This document shows positions 36,558 to 49,914 of a DNA stretch of 64,000 nt, one piece after another. Each line of letters begins with the position of its first letter. Within the stretch, counting starts at the first letter, position 1. The position numbers were made by a program, and so were the translations under genes. Where the stretch lies: assembly GCA_025558095.1 (NCBI GenBank), contig JAIVFI010000010.1, forward strand, positions 372,001 through 436,000, in the 5' to 3' direction. Under the pieces are notes generated by a model that saw nothing but the letters and a program-made list of their open reading frames with translations, did not search any database and had not been told where the DNA came from. Source of the stretch: Hyaloraphidium curvatum SAG 235-1 (Eukaryota > Fungi > Monoblepharomycota).

Positions 36558-39500
36558 ATGGCCGGGACGCGGCCGGGAGGCAATGCCGCGGAGGGCCTCT
36601 TTTCCTTTGCTCGGCTGGACGAGTCGGAGCCCGCGCCGTCGCCCGCCTCGGAGGCACGGACGGCGTCCCCCGGGGCCGGCATATTCTCGCGCTGGCTCTC
36701 GCGTGTCACTCCGTATGGATCGAAAGCGGCCGGGCAGCAGTCGGACGGAGCTTCGGGGAGCTCGGCGACAAGTGCGCCAAACGCCCGCCGGTTTTCCTCG
36801 ACGCCGGCCCGGTCGTCCCCCCTGGCCGCCGCGCAGTCCTCCGACCGAGCGAACTCCACCGAGACGCGGTCTACAGGCTCTGAGGCACGCTCCACGGGAT
36901 CCGAAAGCGGCAGCACTTTCTCGGGATCCAGCACGCAGACGGCAATGCCCGAGGCACGAGAGACCGTGTCGGCTATTGGCTTCAACAGACCGAGGCATGA
37001 CTCCGAAGCCGCCTCGACGACCTCATTCGGAGGGTCCAGCCCGCAGAGCAGCATCCTATCGCCCTCGGTGCACCGGGCTGGATCGGGTCGCGTTGTGTTT
37101 GGACGCCAGGGACCGGGCTCCTCGCCCCAGCGGGTGTCGACCTCCAGGGCCGACAGCGCGAGCGACTTGCTGTCGCGGAGGTACTGGATGAGCGACGAGT
37201 CGGCCAAGGAGTGCTACGACTGCAAACAGTCATTCACTGCCTTCAATCGACGCCATCACTGCAGGATATGTGGGCTCATTTTTTGCAGCAAGTGCTCGTC
37301 CAATTTCGTGCCGGGACAGCCGTTCGGGTCGGAGCGTGATGTGCGGGCGTGCAACTATTGCGCGAACCGCCTTTCCATGCCCACGGATTCCCCCATTGCT
37401 ACGCCCCGCCCTCTGAGCACGACGGAGTCGCTTCTCTTCGCGCCGCACATGCTGGAAGCTGCCGTCAACGCCATTGCGGGGATTCCGTTTCGACAGGGCA
37501 GCCGCGTCAGCGGAGATCTTGCCACCACGCCGACGGAAGCGTCCCCTGTCGCAGCCGGCATGGGTCGCCTCTTCGGCGTGCGATCGTCGCCGTCCATCAA
37601 CGAGCCGGTTCCGTCGGGGTCGGCCGAACCGGGTCTCCGCAGCAGCCAGCCCGAAACCGCTTCGATCAACCCCCCGGACGGCCCCGATCTCGCCGTTCCC
37701 AGCTCGCCCGATCGCCATTCTTCGCCGGCGCTCGTGGTGCCTTCCTCCTCGTTCGACGTCTCCGACAGCGACGCCGACGACGAGTGGAACTACGGGCTGG
37801 ATCCCGTCGGACGCGCCCCATCCAAGCGCAGCCTCCGTTCCGAGGGCGGCGCGAGCCCGCCGCCGGGGCTCGACGGCGTGAGGGCGCAGTTCATGCGGCA
37901 GCGCAGCCGCAGGACGGTGTCGGGGAAGGCAAGGGTTGCGGTCGGGAAGGACGTGTGGGAGGCGAGGAACAGGAGCGCATCTCCGGGGTCCAGGAGAACG
38001 GCGGTACCGAGGACATTCCACGAGCTGGACGTCGCAGGGACCTCGGGAGCACATTTGGTGGGTTCGCTGTCGGTAATTGCTGGCAGGTACCCTTTGGGCT
38101 CACACCACACGCACAGCGCAAGATGATCCGGCAGATTCTGTCCGAATCGCAGATCGTTGAGTCGGAGGGCTGGGACGACATCATCTTCCGGTTCTCGACC
38201 GAGGTGGCCCGCCGTGTCAACTTGGACGTCTCCGCCGGCGACGACCCCGACATCCGGCAGTACGTCAAGGTGAAGCGGATACCCGGCGGCTCGCCCTCTG
38301 GATGCGAGTACGTGAGTGGCATCGTCATCTCCAAGGCCGTCGCGCACAAGTCCATGGTCAAGCGGATCCGGAACCCCCGGATCCTCCTACTCAGCTTCCC
38401 GCTCGAGTACGAGCGGGTTGAGAACCAGTTCGTTAGCCTGGAGAGGGTGCTTGCCCAGGAGCGCGAGCACCTCGGCAACCTGGTTGCGCGGATCCGGGCG
38501 ACGGAGCCCGACGTGCTGCTGGTCAGCCGCTCCGTATCGCGCCTCGCGTCCGATTTCCTTCGGGAGGCGGGCATCGCAGTCGCTTCGAACGTAAGGCTGG
38601 AAGTGCTCGAGGCCATCGCAAGGGCGACGCAGGCGGACGTGGTTCGTTCGATCGACCGGCTGGCGTTCAATCCCCAACTGGGCACCTGCAGCGCCTTCGA
38701 AGCGCGCTACTATGCCATGCCCGACGGCAAGAGGAAGGGGTACCTGTGGTTCGAGGGATGCCCGCCCCACTTGGGTTGCACGATCGTTTTGCGCGGCGGC
38801 GATTTGGACAAGCTGACGAGGATAAAGCAGGCGGTCACGCTGATGTGCCTGGTTGTGCACAGCCTGAGGCTGGAGATGTCGCTTGTCAACGATCAGTACG
38901 CGATGATGGTTCCGGCTACCGGCGCCGACGATGCGACTGCGGCCGCGGATTCGGACGACAAAGCGGACCTTGCGAGTCTCGCAATGGAGCAAGCGGATGC
39001 GGCCGAGAATTCCAGCGTTCACGTCGGTACCGTCGACGGGTCTCGGGCGAAACTTGCGTCGAACCTCGGCGGTTCCCACGCTGCAGGGCCACCTTCCCTG
39101 CGCACGTTGGCTCTCGCTGTTGAAGATGCAGCGGCAATCCGCCGTTACTTTGCCTACTCCGGAGTCATAATCTCGGGCTCGCCTAATGTGAGGTTCCCAC
39201 CCCCGTATCCCCTCCGCCGGCGACTTTGGGAGTGCCTGGGTCATTTGGCGATATCGCGCGATACGGAGCTCTCCGAGTCTCTTGTCGCCCGCGTGCTGCG
39301 TTTGGACCATTTCGAGGTCATCGCTCCCGCCGACACTGAACAGCTGAGCCCTTTTGCACACCAGAACCTGGCCATCCTTGCCTACCTCATCTGCCCCGGG
39401 AACCCGGTGCCGTGTCAAGCGCCCGAGATCGTGAGCGTGGACTACTACGGCGCCACGGACCTCACCATCGGCCAGTTGGTGCAGGGCATGTGCGCACAGG

Positions 39501-42203
39501 CTGCGATCCGATGTGCCACGAAAGGTTGCGACAAGCCTTACCTTGCGCACTCGCGCGCCTTCGTTCACGGTCGCGGCCAAGTTGGCATGCAGGTCGAAAA
39601 GAGGCCTTGCCCGATCCGGGGGCTGGAGAACAGCATGCTCATGTGGAGTCAGTGCCGCATCTGCAACAAGTCTACGCCGTGCATAGCCATGGGCGAGGAC
39701 ACGTGGAAATTTTCGACGGGGAAGTACTTGGAGCTTACATTCTACTCCGCGGGGCTGCACTGCCGCGCGGACCTGTGCCCGCACGACGTGCAGAGGGATC
39801 ACGCGCGCTTCGTCGCCTACCGAAACCTTGCCGTGCGCTTCGAGTACGCGCCCATATTGACTTTCGAGCTCGCCACGCCGCCGTTGCGTGTGCAGTTTGA
39901 CGACGACGTCAAGATGCGGCTGAAGTCCCAGGACATGTCTTCGCTCAAGCAGACGATCGTCCGCTTCCACGACGCCATGCTCGACAGACTGAAGTCCGTC
40001 GCGGTGGGCGACACCACCGTGGCTCCCGCCAAGCTGCAGGCTTGCAGGGACGACCTGGCCGAGCTCCAACGCAAGGTCGTGGTGGAGAAGAACCAACTCC
40101 TGGACTTGCTGCAGAGCACCTTTTCCGCGTCGAGCCCCAGCGACACCTTGGCCATCAATGCGGTGCAGCGCTCCTTCGTTGCCCGATTCAAGGAGTGGGA
40201 TGCCGAGTTTCAGAACTTCGGCAAAACGTATCTCCAGCCGGAAGCAAAGGATCTGCGCCGCATGACGCTCCGCAGGGTGTTTGGGGACGATCGTGACACG
40301 ACCCCGCCGACGACGCCGTCCACCATCCCTGAGGCTTTGAGCTCTTCAGCCGGGGATGATCCTTCCCGCGGTATGCCCGGTGTGGGAGAATCCCCCAAGA
40401 TGGTACACCGTCAGTCCACGGATTGGCAGGGGTCCCGGAATGAGAGGGCTGTCGACCTCGACCTGGGCTCCCCGGTTCTCGGACTTTCATACGCGGCAGA
40501 TCCCGATGTTGACGAGGCGTCAGACTCGGAGACTCAGGACAGGGGCTACGATCTTGACGGCGTGACACTTCCCCGTCCGCCAGTGCGAGCCAATTCTCTC
40601 GAAGAGTACGGAGATTCAGCTCTGCTGGCCCCAGAGACAAAGGATACATCACCGGCAACGTCAGTTTCTCCATGGTCCGCGTACGACATCGCGCGCACCA
40701 CGGACGAAGATGGGGCTCCCGGCGTCAATGAGCTGAGCGGTGTCGTTACCGGCGACAGTCAGGATGCTACAGCAAATGCCTCGCAAGAGAAAGCGAGCCT
40801 TTTCCAGACTGTGGCTGCGCTTTGGACAGGTGCCACCGCGACTTGGCAGCCTTTGGTCAACCCCTTGTGAGTAGGCCAGCCTTGTCCGTGCTTGCCCCAA
40901 CGACCGATCCCCTCCAGTCCTCCCACAGAGCACGTTCTGCCGGATTCCTTAGTCGTAATCCGCGAAGACGAGCCGTCCTCGCTGATCGCCTACTCTCTGA
41001 GGTACGGCATCGTTCGCATCCCTGGACTTGTTTTGACTTGAGAAGCACGAGGGAGTACAAGATGCGACTCGACCTTCTCAAGGAGGCGGGTTCGGCTCAG
41101 AACATGGCGTCGGGGAAGGAGGGGCAACCGATGAAGCCCGTAGGCCCCAAAGCCTCTGTCCCGGACTCGCCGAAGGACGTTGGTGTGGCTCTTGAGGACA
41201 TGCTGCTCAAAGCCGCAGGCCACAACATGCGGATCGAAACGTCGGACGGCGCAACAGCCATGATGTGCAAGATCTTCTACGCCGAGCAGTTTGACGCTCT
41301 CCGTGAAGCGTGCGGTGTGGATCCAGCTGCGTACGTGTCGAGCTTGGCTCGTTGTCTGAAGTGGGAATCGGCTGGCGGCAAAAGCGGGTCGACATTCATG
41401 AAGACTCGAGGTGGGCCTGTCGACGCAGGTCATGCATGGCAGTCACTTACTATCCGCTTTCTTCAGACGAGCGCTTCATCATGAAGGAGCTGCCCAAGCC
41501 CGAAATGGAGGCGTTCCTCCAGCTCGCCCCGCAGTACTTCCGCTACGTCTCCCAGTCTCTTTTCCATTCTCTTCCGTCTGCGATCGCCAAAATCTTCGGG
41601 CTCTACCGTGTAAAGTTCAAGAATCCGGCGGGCAAGATTGTGAAGCTCGACGTCGCCGTCATGGAGAACCTCTGGTTCGGCCGGAAGGTCACCCGCGTGT
41701 TCGATCTGAAGGGTTCGCTGCGGAACCGCATGGTCGCAAGCACGGGCAAGGAGAACGAGGTCCTTTTGGATGAGAATCTCATCGAAAGTGGGTGTGAGGC
41801 CGGTTCGGCGGCGTTGACGCCACTAAAGTCCGCCGCAGTGATGTACAAGGAGCCTTTCTTCCTCCACCCCACGGACAAGTCGCTATTGCGAGCCTCGTTG
41901 CAGAATGATACCCTCTTCTTCACGAAGTGCAACATCATGGACTACTCCCTACTCGTTGGGGTCGATCACGCTTCGTCCCAGCTTGTCGTCGGCGTGGTAG
42001 ACTACATCCGGACCTTCACCTGGGACAAGAAGCTTGAAAGCTGGGTCAAGGAAACCGGAATTCTCGGGGGCGGGCGCGACCCGACCATCGTGGGACCCCG
42101 CCTTTACCGCAGCAGGTTCCGTGAGGCCATGGAGAAGTACTTTCTCGGCGTGCCCGACAAGTGGACCCCAGTGCCGGCAGGGACGCGGAACCTGCTGTCG
42201 TAG
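36558..42203 (+). CDS. FAB1: 1-phosphatidylinositol-3-phosphate 5-kinase Fab1/PIKfyve, spliced
   Basis: FYVE domain YWMSDESAKECYDC..RRHHCRICG, CCT-like YVKVKRIPGG, Cys-rich CHK region, and PIPK motifs GGKSGS, FDLKGSLRNR, MDYSLLVG and DYIRTFTWDKKLESWVK. Confidence 0.96.
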
Positions 42204-42368
42204 ATATTGTGTATGCTTTCGTGGTTCTGATCTGATATCTGATCATTGCGTGGCCGTGGCGCTGAGTGCGCATAGGCGAGATTCGGAGGGAAGGAAGTCC
42301 GCCGACGAGCCAGTCCGAAGGCGACCAACGGCGCGCCCAAACAAGCAGTTCCCGCACCCCGCCTAGCC

Positions 42369-45300
42369 ATGGCGGCGGCGGCGGGATCCTCCGCAGAGTC
42401 AATCAAGGTCGTGGTCCGATTCCGGCCTCAGTCAGCTCGGGAGCTCGCGTTGGTGTCGCGCTGCTCGCGTTCTGGCGGTCTTGCTGACCCCGGGCCTGTC
42501 GGCGCTGTCCCGACAACTGTTGCCATGTTCCATTGCCTGCTTCAGGGAATCTGGAGCTACATGCATTGATCTACTCGACTCGAACACGGTCCAGTTCGAG
42601 GTCAGTGCTGGCGGCGACGCCCGGGACCCCGGACAGAGTTGACAGGAGCGCCGGGTCCTCCAGCACAGGGACTATCCCGGAGTTTACTCCTTCGATCGCG
42701 CGTTTGGTCTCAATGCCAAACAGGAGGATGTGTTCGCCTTCTCGGCGCTCCCTATCGTGGAAGGTCGGGTCCAGTCCTTGCCGCGGTTGCCTCCTCAGGA
42801 GTTCACTCTGACGATGGACCAGACGTTATGAAGGGGTACAACGGGACCATCTTTGCCTATGGACAGACCGGCTCCGGGAAGGTTCGTCGCTTTGGCGGAC
42901 ATGTGCCCTGTCGGAGCCCTCATCTCGCCTCGACAGACGCACACGATGATGGGCCCGGACATCGACGACTCGACCTTGAAAGGAATCATTCCCAGGCTGG
43001 TTGAAGCTATCTTTAGCCAGATCGAGTCCTCCCCGGAAACGCTCGAGTTTGCCATTAAGGTCTCCTTCATGGAAATCTACATGGAACGGATCCGCGACCT
43101 CCTGAACCCCGTGAACGACAACCTGCCCATCCACGAGGAGAAGGGCCGGGGCGTCTTCGTGAAGGGCATGATGGAGATTTATGTTAGTCAGATCGAGGAG
43201 GTCTTTGACATCATGAAGCGGGGTCTGGTGAACCGGGCGGTGGCCTACACGAACATGAACGAGGCCAGCTCCCGTTCGCACTCCATTTTCGTCATCACAG
43301 TGCAGTGCAAGAACACGAAGGATGGGAGCAACAGGATCGGGAGGCTCTATTTGGTGGATTTGGCCGGGTCGGAGAAGATCAAAAAGACCGACGCCGCGGG
43401 CCAGACCCTGGAGGAGGCCAAGAAGATCAACAAGTCGCTTTCCGCGCTGGGAAACGTGATAAATGCGCTGACGGATGGCAAAGTGGGCGGTAACACCGCC
43501 TGTCGATGGCCGTGCTGACGCAGATCGCCTGCCAGTCTACTCACGTTCCGTACCGAGACTCCAAGCTCACGCGCATTCTTCAAGAGTCCTTGGGAGGCAA
43601 CTCGAAGACCACGCTCGTGGTGTGCTGCTCACCGTCTTCATACAACGACATGGAGACGCTGTCTGCCCTGCGTTTTGGAATGCGGGCAAAGACAATCAAG
43701 AACAAGGCGCGTGTGAACCAGGAGCTCAGTCCGGCGGAGCTCAAGGCTGCTCTGAAGAAGACGAAGGCGGACCTGGAAACGTTCAAGTCGTATGCGTCCC
43801 TTCTCGAGGGCGAAGTCGTTGTCTGGCGGGCAGGCGGGACGGTTCCGCCCGAGAAGTTCGCCCTCCTGGGCAATCGGCCTGACGCGCCCGCTTTGAGCGA
43901 TGCGCTCGCTTCCGTCAACGCCGCTGCCCTGCCGGAGATCACCGGGCGCTCGGCCACGCCAACCGTGCCCGACGAGGAGCGCGAGGATTTCCTGCGGCGC
44001 GAGAACGAGCTCTCGGATCAGCTTGCCGAAAAGGAACGGGATCTGAACAGCATGACCCGAATGGTCGAGCAGCTGAAGAACGAACTTGGCTCCGTCATTG
44101 CGCGCGAAACGCGATTGCTGAAGGAAAGCAAGGAGAACACCGCGGCGCTGGCCGAGGTCAAGATTCGGCTCGAGAAGGCGGAGTTTAACGCCAGGGAAGC
44201 TGTCATTACAGCAGACAGCTTAAAGGAAAGGGTCGGCGAGCTTGCGGAGGAGAACGAGGACCTCAAGGTAGGAGGCGACGGGGCTTCCCTGAGGGGAATT
44301 TGACCCGTCCCCGCCCAGAAACAACTTGTTGCGGTGCAAGCCCAACAAAGTAGCATCAATGATCTCGAACGAGAGAAGAAACGCCTGGCAACCATCGGGA
44401 AGATTATGGCGGAGCTTTCGCCTGACGTCAGCATTGATGAACGGGAAGCGCAGATTCGTGGCGCCCTCGCAAAGCTCGGAGGAGAACCTACCGACATTGA
44501 TGCCTTGTCGGTTCCTTTCGAAGAGATGCGGAAGAAGCTTGCCGCGGCCGAGAGCAGGAACGCTGCGCTGATGGAGGAAATGGCGCAGCTGCAGCGTTCG
44601 GGAGCAGAACAGGAGGAGCTTCGGGCGCAGTTGATGGAGGCTGAGGTCAGTCTGGCAAGGCTTTCCGAGGAGTACTCGGCACTTCTGGAAAAGAAGATTG
44701 CTCAGGAGAGCGAGACCAACGAGACGGCAACTGCTGTGCAGGAACTGACGGTACGTCGACCCGCTTTCCTTTGCTTGATCCGCTCATCGCTCCGGATTGC
44801 CCCAGAATCGCTTGGAAGCGCAGTTCAAAAGCAAGCTGGAACGGCGGGAGAGCGAGATTGAGGCCTTCCAGAAGGAACTCGTTCGGAAGGAGGAGTCGTT
44901 GCAGAAACTCACCAAGCTTCTCGGTGCGGAGAAGACGACGAACGAGGAGCTCAAGGCCACGATCGAGGAACTTCGCGCCAGCATACCTAAGGATGTCACT
45001 CCTTCGGAGCTGCTGAAGAAGGAAGCCGACCTGGAAAAGATTCGCAAGCAGATGGTATGCGGTCACAAGTCGTGCGTCGAGCGTCTTCCCTTACGCCATG
45101 GCGTTTCGCAGGCGCAGCAGCTTGCCGAGTTTGATAGCATGAAGAAGAAGCTCATGCAGAACCTGCAGCAGCGCGTGGATAAGGTCATTGAGATGGAGAT
45201 CTCTTTGGACGAAACGCGCGAGCAGTACAACAGCGTCATCCGCAGTGCAAGCACGAAGGAACAGCAGCGGAAGATGACTTTCTTGGAGCGGAATCTGGAG

Positions 45301-45830
45301 CAGCTCATGTCGGTGCAGAAGGAGGTGCGTGGCCACGTGATCGCTTTCGGATCGCTGGTGACGCGCGGACACCGCAGCTCGTCGACCAGAACACTAACTT
45401 GAAGAAGGAGGTCACGGTAGCCGAACGGAAGTTGGCCGCGCGGAACGAGCGCATTCAAACACTGGAATCGTTACTCATCGACGCTCAGGAGAAGTTCCGC
45501 AGCCAGCAGACGAAGTTTGAAGCGGAACTTGGGGCACTCCGCAAGCAGCTGCAGGATGCCGTGGAAGCCCTTGAGAGGGAAAGGAGCGGACAGCACGGCG
45601 ACTGGCTCCACGGATCCAGTCGGATCGCAAAACCGGTTCGAGGCGGCCGCGCCGTCGAGGAAGATTCGGCGCCGGCGCCGGATCCCTTGACTGCCTCTAA
45701 TTCGTGGATCGGAGGCGGATCCGCTGGTGGGATTGCCGGGACTTTGGGGAAAACCGCAAGCACGTCTAGTGTAAGCGCGGCATCTACTCTCGCCGGTTCG
45801 GACCGGCGATCATGGTTCTGGACGAAATGA
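42369..45830 (+). CDS. Kinesin-1 heavy chain, spliced
   Basis: SIKVVVRFRPQ, GYNGTIFAYGQTGSGK, SSRSHSIF, LVDLAGSEK, HVPYRDSKLTRILQESLGGN, a coiled-coil stalk and a fungal KHC tail with RNERIQ and the autoinhibitory RIAKPVRGG. Confidence 0.96.
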
Positions 45831-45972
45831 GCTACGTCTGAGTCTTATTGTATTATCGTCGTCGATACCGATGTTAGATTTTCGCGAACAGGCAGAGGCA
45901 GACGTCCCGAGCCGTGATCGATCGGGACCGAACCGTCACGCGACACTCACGCGACGTCGTCCGCCTCCCGCC

Positions 45973-47913
45973 ATGGAGAATCTCACAGGCGCGTGGGGCA
46001 CGCTAGTCGACCTTCAAACCGGAAGGACTCTAGGTCCGTGAGGCGCGAACGGCTCGGGGTAGACCGCTGACGCGGCGCTTCAGCGTTGGTGAATGCTGGG
46101 TATACCGTCGGCCGGAGCGGCGCCTGCGACGTCGTCTTCACGTCCGAGAACAATCTCGGTATGCTTTGGCTTTCTTGAGCGGCGGTCGGCGGCTCTAATG
46201 CGCGTGCTTAGCTTCCCGCATCCATTTCACGCTGTCGCGCAACGCCCAGCGCGGTGTCACACTCACGGACCGGTCGCAGATCGGAACTCTCGTCAATTCG
46301 CTACCGTGCCATCAGACAACCTGCCAGCTGTCACCGACCGCGCAATCGGAGATACAGATCGCGGACGGAGATGGCGACGGCAAATGTTGGCGCCGATCGA
46401 TCTCCCGTCGGTTTCGCTAACGCCGCCGCAAAGACTTCCTGTTCAACCCGTTGAACGGAGGCACGCGCTCCGACAGCGACATCTCTTCCATTCCCGACTC
46501 GCCGTACCACATCACTCGCACGGAACTCGGCCGTGGGAACTTCTCTACCGTCCGACTTGCGATCAACGTGACGACCGCAGAGCGGCTGGCGGTCAAGATC
46601 ATCGACAAGCGTCAGACGAGCCTCGGCGCGGACTCTATGGTTGTGCTCTGCGGCAGCGCGGTCGTGGCATATGCTGATGAATCTTCCGCAGACGGACGTG
46701 GCGATCGCGACCGAGGTGGCCATCCTGAAATCATGCAACCATCCGAACATCGTCAGACTGTGCGACGTGGAGGCCAACAAGCGGGTCGTTTGCATCTACT
46801 TGCAACGTGTCCGTGGCGGGAGCATGCTGGATCGGCTCGAGAGCGGCCCCTATCCCGAAACCGAGGCGGTGTTCCTGTTCTTCCAGGTGCTGCAGGGGGT
46901 CAAGTATCTGCATGCGAAGAACATCTCACACAGGGGTGAGTAAAAGGCGACGTCGCCAAGCGTTCCTAGAAAGGGGCTCTTGCAGACATAAAGGCCGAGA
47001 ACGCGATGATCGAAACCTATGGCCCCATCACGCGAGTCCTGCTCACCGACTTTGGTATGTCAAGGGCCGTCGGCCGCACGGCCATGACAACCCGGTGCGG
47101 CACACTAGCGTGAGTTCATCCATCGAGCGACATGATGACGTCGCTGGACAATTGAGGCGTCAGGTACTGCTCCCCGGAGCTGCTCAAGGACGGGACCTAC
47201 GACAAAGCCACCGGTACGCACTTCCTGATCGCCGCTCATGCCGCCACCCTGACGCTGCGCGCCCACTTTCAGACATTTGGTCAGCAGGCGTTCTTCTCTA
47301 CGTCATGCTGACGGGGAAGCTGCCGTTCTTTTCGAACGACGACGCGGAGATTGCGAGCCGGATTCGTGCCGGGGCCTTTGATCGCGCTTCGCTCGCTCTG
47401 CCCGAAATCAGTGATGCCGGTGCGTCCGGTAACGTGCCGCTTTAAGCCAGCTTCTCACAGAGACTTTCAACAGCGAGAGACATGTGCCAGACCCTCATGA
47501 CCACCGATCGAAGGAAGCGGCCGGCGGCCGAGGCCGCAATGGAACATCCTTGGATTGCCAACAAGAAGGAGATCCTGAGCAAGCTCTACGACAAAATGGT
47601 GCGCAAGTGTGGCTGGTTGGCCGCCAACGGCGAGACGGCACCTCCAAAGACTCTCGTTGCGGCGACGCCCGATCCCAAAGTCTCGGGAACGAGAGCAGCC
47701 CCGACGTCGGCAACACCTCTCGGGCTCGCGGAATCACCTGTTTCCTCAGAGCCGACTCCTTCGAAGAGAGCTCGTGGGCTGTCTCCAGCTGCTGCGGCGC
47801 CCAAGACATCTCACTTGCACATCCCTAAAGGCGATCACCAGACGACCTACCTCTCTCGCCACTCAAAGCTCCGCAAGGAAGACAAATCGCGCCGACAGTC
47901 GCTTCGGAAGTAA
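45973..47913 (+). CDS. FHA-domain Ser/Thr kinase (Chk2/Dun1/Mek1 family), spliced
   Basis: FHA motifs YTVGRSGACD..SRIHF..DRSQIGTLVN; kinase motifs ELGRGNFSTV, AVKIIDK, HPNIV, SHR|DIKAEN, DFGMSR..TRCGTL, YCSPE and DIWSAGV. Confidence 0.85.
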
Positions 47914-47989
47914 CCGCACGGAGCATATGTACGTTTAAAGCCTTATTCAGACCGTCTGTGATCCTCGACGAGTCATGCCATTGAATTCG

Positions 47990-49258
47990 CTACACTTTTG
48001 CTAGTGCAGACAAGAGCCTCGTGCTCAACGAGGCAGAGTCCAGGTTCCGGCCGATGACAACGAGCTTGTTCAAGGGGGGCACGCCCGGGGGCCAGACATC
48101 GTGCGTCTCTGTGAGGTCATACAGCTCGTGCACGGCCTGGATCACCGTCTTTCTCCTGTCCGCCCCATTTGCACCATCGTGGATGTGGAAGACCCCCTTT
48201 AGGCGCATCACTTCCATGGGCAGCTCGCGATTGCGCCCGGGCACGGCTTTCTCCCAAAGCAGGTCCTGAATCAGCGCCGTCAATGCTGTCCGGTCCAAGG
48301 ATCCACTGACGGTGACCGAAACCGAGCCGATGTCTCGATCCGCCAAGTGGTTCATGCGAGTGCCGTGCACGTGTGTGGGATCGGAGCAGCCGCCACCATA
48401 GCAGGACTGACTGGCGGAATCCGGACTCGGAAACGCCCCATCAATGTCTGTCTCTCGGTTCGAATCGTAGCCACCGATGCCGAGGACGAAATCGACGTCG
48501 ACGTTGCTGCGCACGGTCCTCAGAACCCGGGCCACGGGATTGATCGGGCCGATCACGCCGCTTTCCACGGCATCCGCCTCGTGCGCCGTGACGAGATCGA
48601 TCTTGTTGAGCAGTATCCGGTCTGCCAAGGCGATCTGCTTCGCAACCTCGGGGTCGCGGGCGACGTGCTCGCCGACGTGCTTGGCGTCCACCACCGTGAC
48701 GGTCCCGTCCAAACGGATCGTGGATCCCAGCTCGTCGTCGAGCCAAAACATCGAGGCTATCGGTGCGGGATCGGCGAGGCCGGTGGTCTCGAGGAGGATG
48801 TAGTCGAAGCGTCCGCGCTTCTCCATGAGCAGCTCGATGGCCTTGACCCCCGGTTGCTTCATGGAGCAGCACAGGCAGCCGTTCTCCAGCTCCAGCCATT
48901 CCTCGTAGAGACGCGGCTGGTCTTCTTCTCCGGCAGCCGAGGCGGCTCCGGCCGCCGAAGGGACGGCAGAGGGTTCCGCCACGGTCAGGCTCTTTTCGAT
49001 GTCCGACGTCGGGCCGAATTCATTCAGAATCACCGCAATCTTTCTGCCATGCTGGGCCGTCAGGATGTGGTTCACAAGCGTCGTCTTGCCCGAGCCGAGG
49101 AAGCCAGTGACGATGGTCAGGGGTACGCGTTTCGACGCGTCTGGTTCCTCGGCAACGGCTCCGGTGCCCCCGAGGAGCGCCGCATCGCTCTGCCACGAGG
49201 CTAGCTGATCCTCTGGCACCAGATCAGGCACTTCGTCGTCCGACGCGGAGGCAGCCAT
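47990..49258 (-). CDS. ZNG1: COG0523/CobW-family zinc chaperone GTPase (ZNG1/CBWD), intronless
   Basis: N-terminal VPDLVP motif resembling the MetAP1-binding [45 protein letters not shown] and CobW_C RLKG. Confidence 0.93.
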   Translation of the reverse strand: MAASASDDEVPDLVPEDQLASWQSDAALLGGTGAVAEEPDASKRVPLTIVTGFLGSGKTTLVNHILTAQHGRKIAVILNEFGPTSDIEKSLTVAEPSAVPSAAGAASAAGEEDQPRLYEEWLELENGCLCCSMKQPGVKAIELLMEKRGRFDYILLETTGLADPAPIASMFWLDDELGSTIRLDGTVTVVDAKHVGEHVARDPEVAKQIALADRILLNKIDLVTAHEADAVESGVIGPINPVARVLRTVRSNVDVDFVLGIGGYDSNRETDIDGAFPSPDSASQSCYGGGCSDPTHVHGTRMNHLADRDIGSVSVTVSGSLDRTALTALIQDLLWEKAVPGRNRELPMEVMRLKGVFHIHDGANGADRRKTVIQAVHELYDLTETHDVWPPGVPPLNKLVVIGRNLDSASLSTRLLSALAKV

Positions 49259-49327
49259 CGGATTGTGCGCGTGTCGCGTCGCTGCGCAGGACGCGCCCTG
49301 AACACGCGTCCCCGCAAGCGGAACCCG

Positions 49328-49870
49328 GCCAGACCGACGATCCGGGGCGGCCGCGCAAGCGCCAACGCCGGCACGAGACCGATTTGCGGGACCGCAGCCG
49401 GGGGAAACGGTGGATGCCCCGGATGTCCTGCGCAGCCTTGGAGGGCCACGCTCATAATTTTCTCACCACCAAAGGCCCGCCACCGCCGCCGCGCTATTTC
49501 TCACTCGCCGGCACGAAAAAGTTGAGGCTCTTTAACCTTGCACAGGAGCAAACGCTTACCAGTGAAGTTCCGACTGAGGTGGCGTATTTGCTAGTTGAAA
49601 ACTCCTTCCATACCGGTGGCCAGGCCCCCTTCGGGGGGCCGGGTCCAATTTCTGGAAACCCTCTGTTGGATGCGAAAGAGCGGTGAAACGAACGAAGCGC
49701 GGGGTACCAAACGACTCGGATCGCTGGCTGTGGAGGGCGCGGGAGTCTCGTGCGCGAACTCGCTGCTGGGCCCGAGGCGCGGTCGGTGGACCGCGGGGCT
49801 CGCTGAGCACCCGGGGGACTGCCCAGCCTTGCAACCGCAAAAAGGCTGTGTCCGTGGTTTCTGTCCACTC
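49328..49870 (+). repeat. Direct duplication, copy 1 (~545 bp), carrying a U4 snRNA gene and its flanks
   Basis: Near-identical to 52650-53192, with a core at ~49420-49704 that appears identical. Confidence 0.95.
49534..49664 (+). ncRNA. U4: U4 spliceosomal snRNA, copy 1
   Basis: 5' AACCUUGCACAGGAGCA (U6 stem II pairing strand), K-turn hairpin ACC-AGU-GA-AG..CU-GA-GGU, conserved UUUGCUAGUUGAAAACU (stem I), GC hairpin GGCCCCC-UUCG-GGGGGCC and Sm site AAUUUCUGG. Confidence 0.9.
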
Positions 49871-49914
49871 CTTTACACACGCGTCGAGAGGTTTTTGGCA
49901 CCGCAACTCGCACG

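Noticed and set aside
49384-49686. 100 aa ORFs repeated at 49384 and 52708
   Set aside because: They overlap the U4 snRNA gene and its promoter, so they are spurious.
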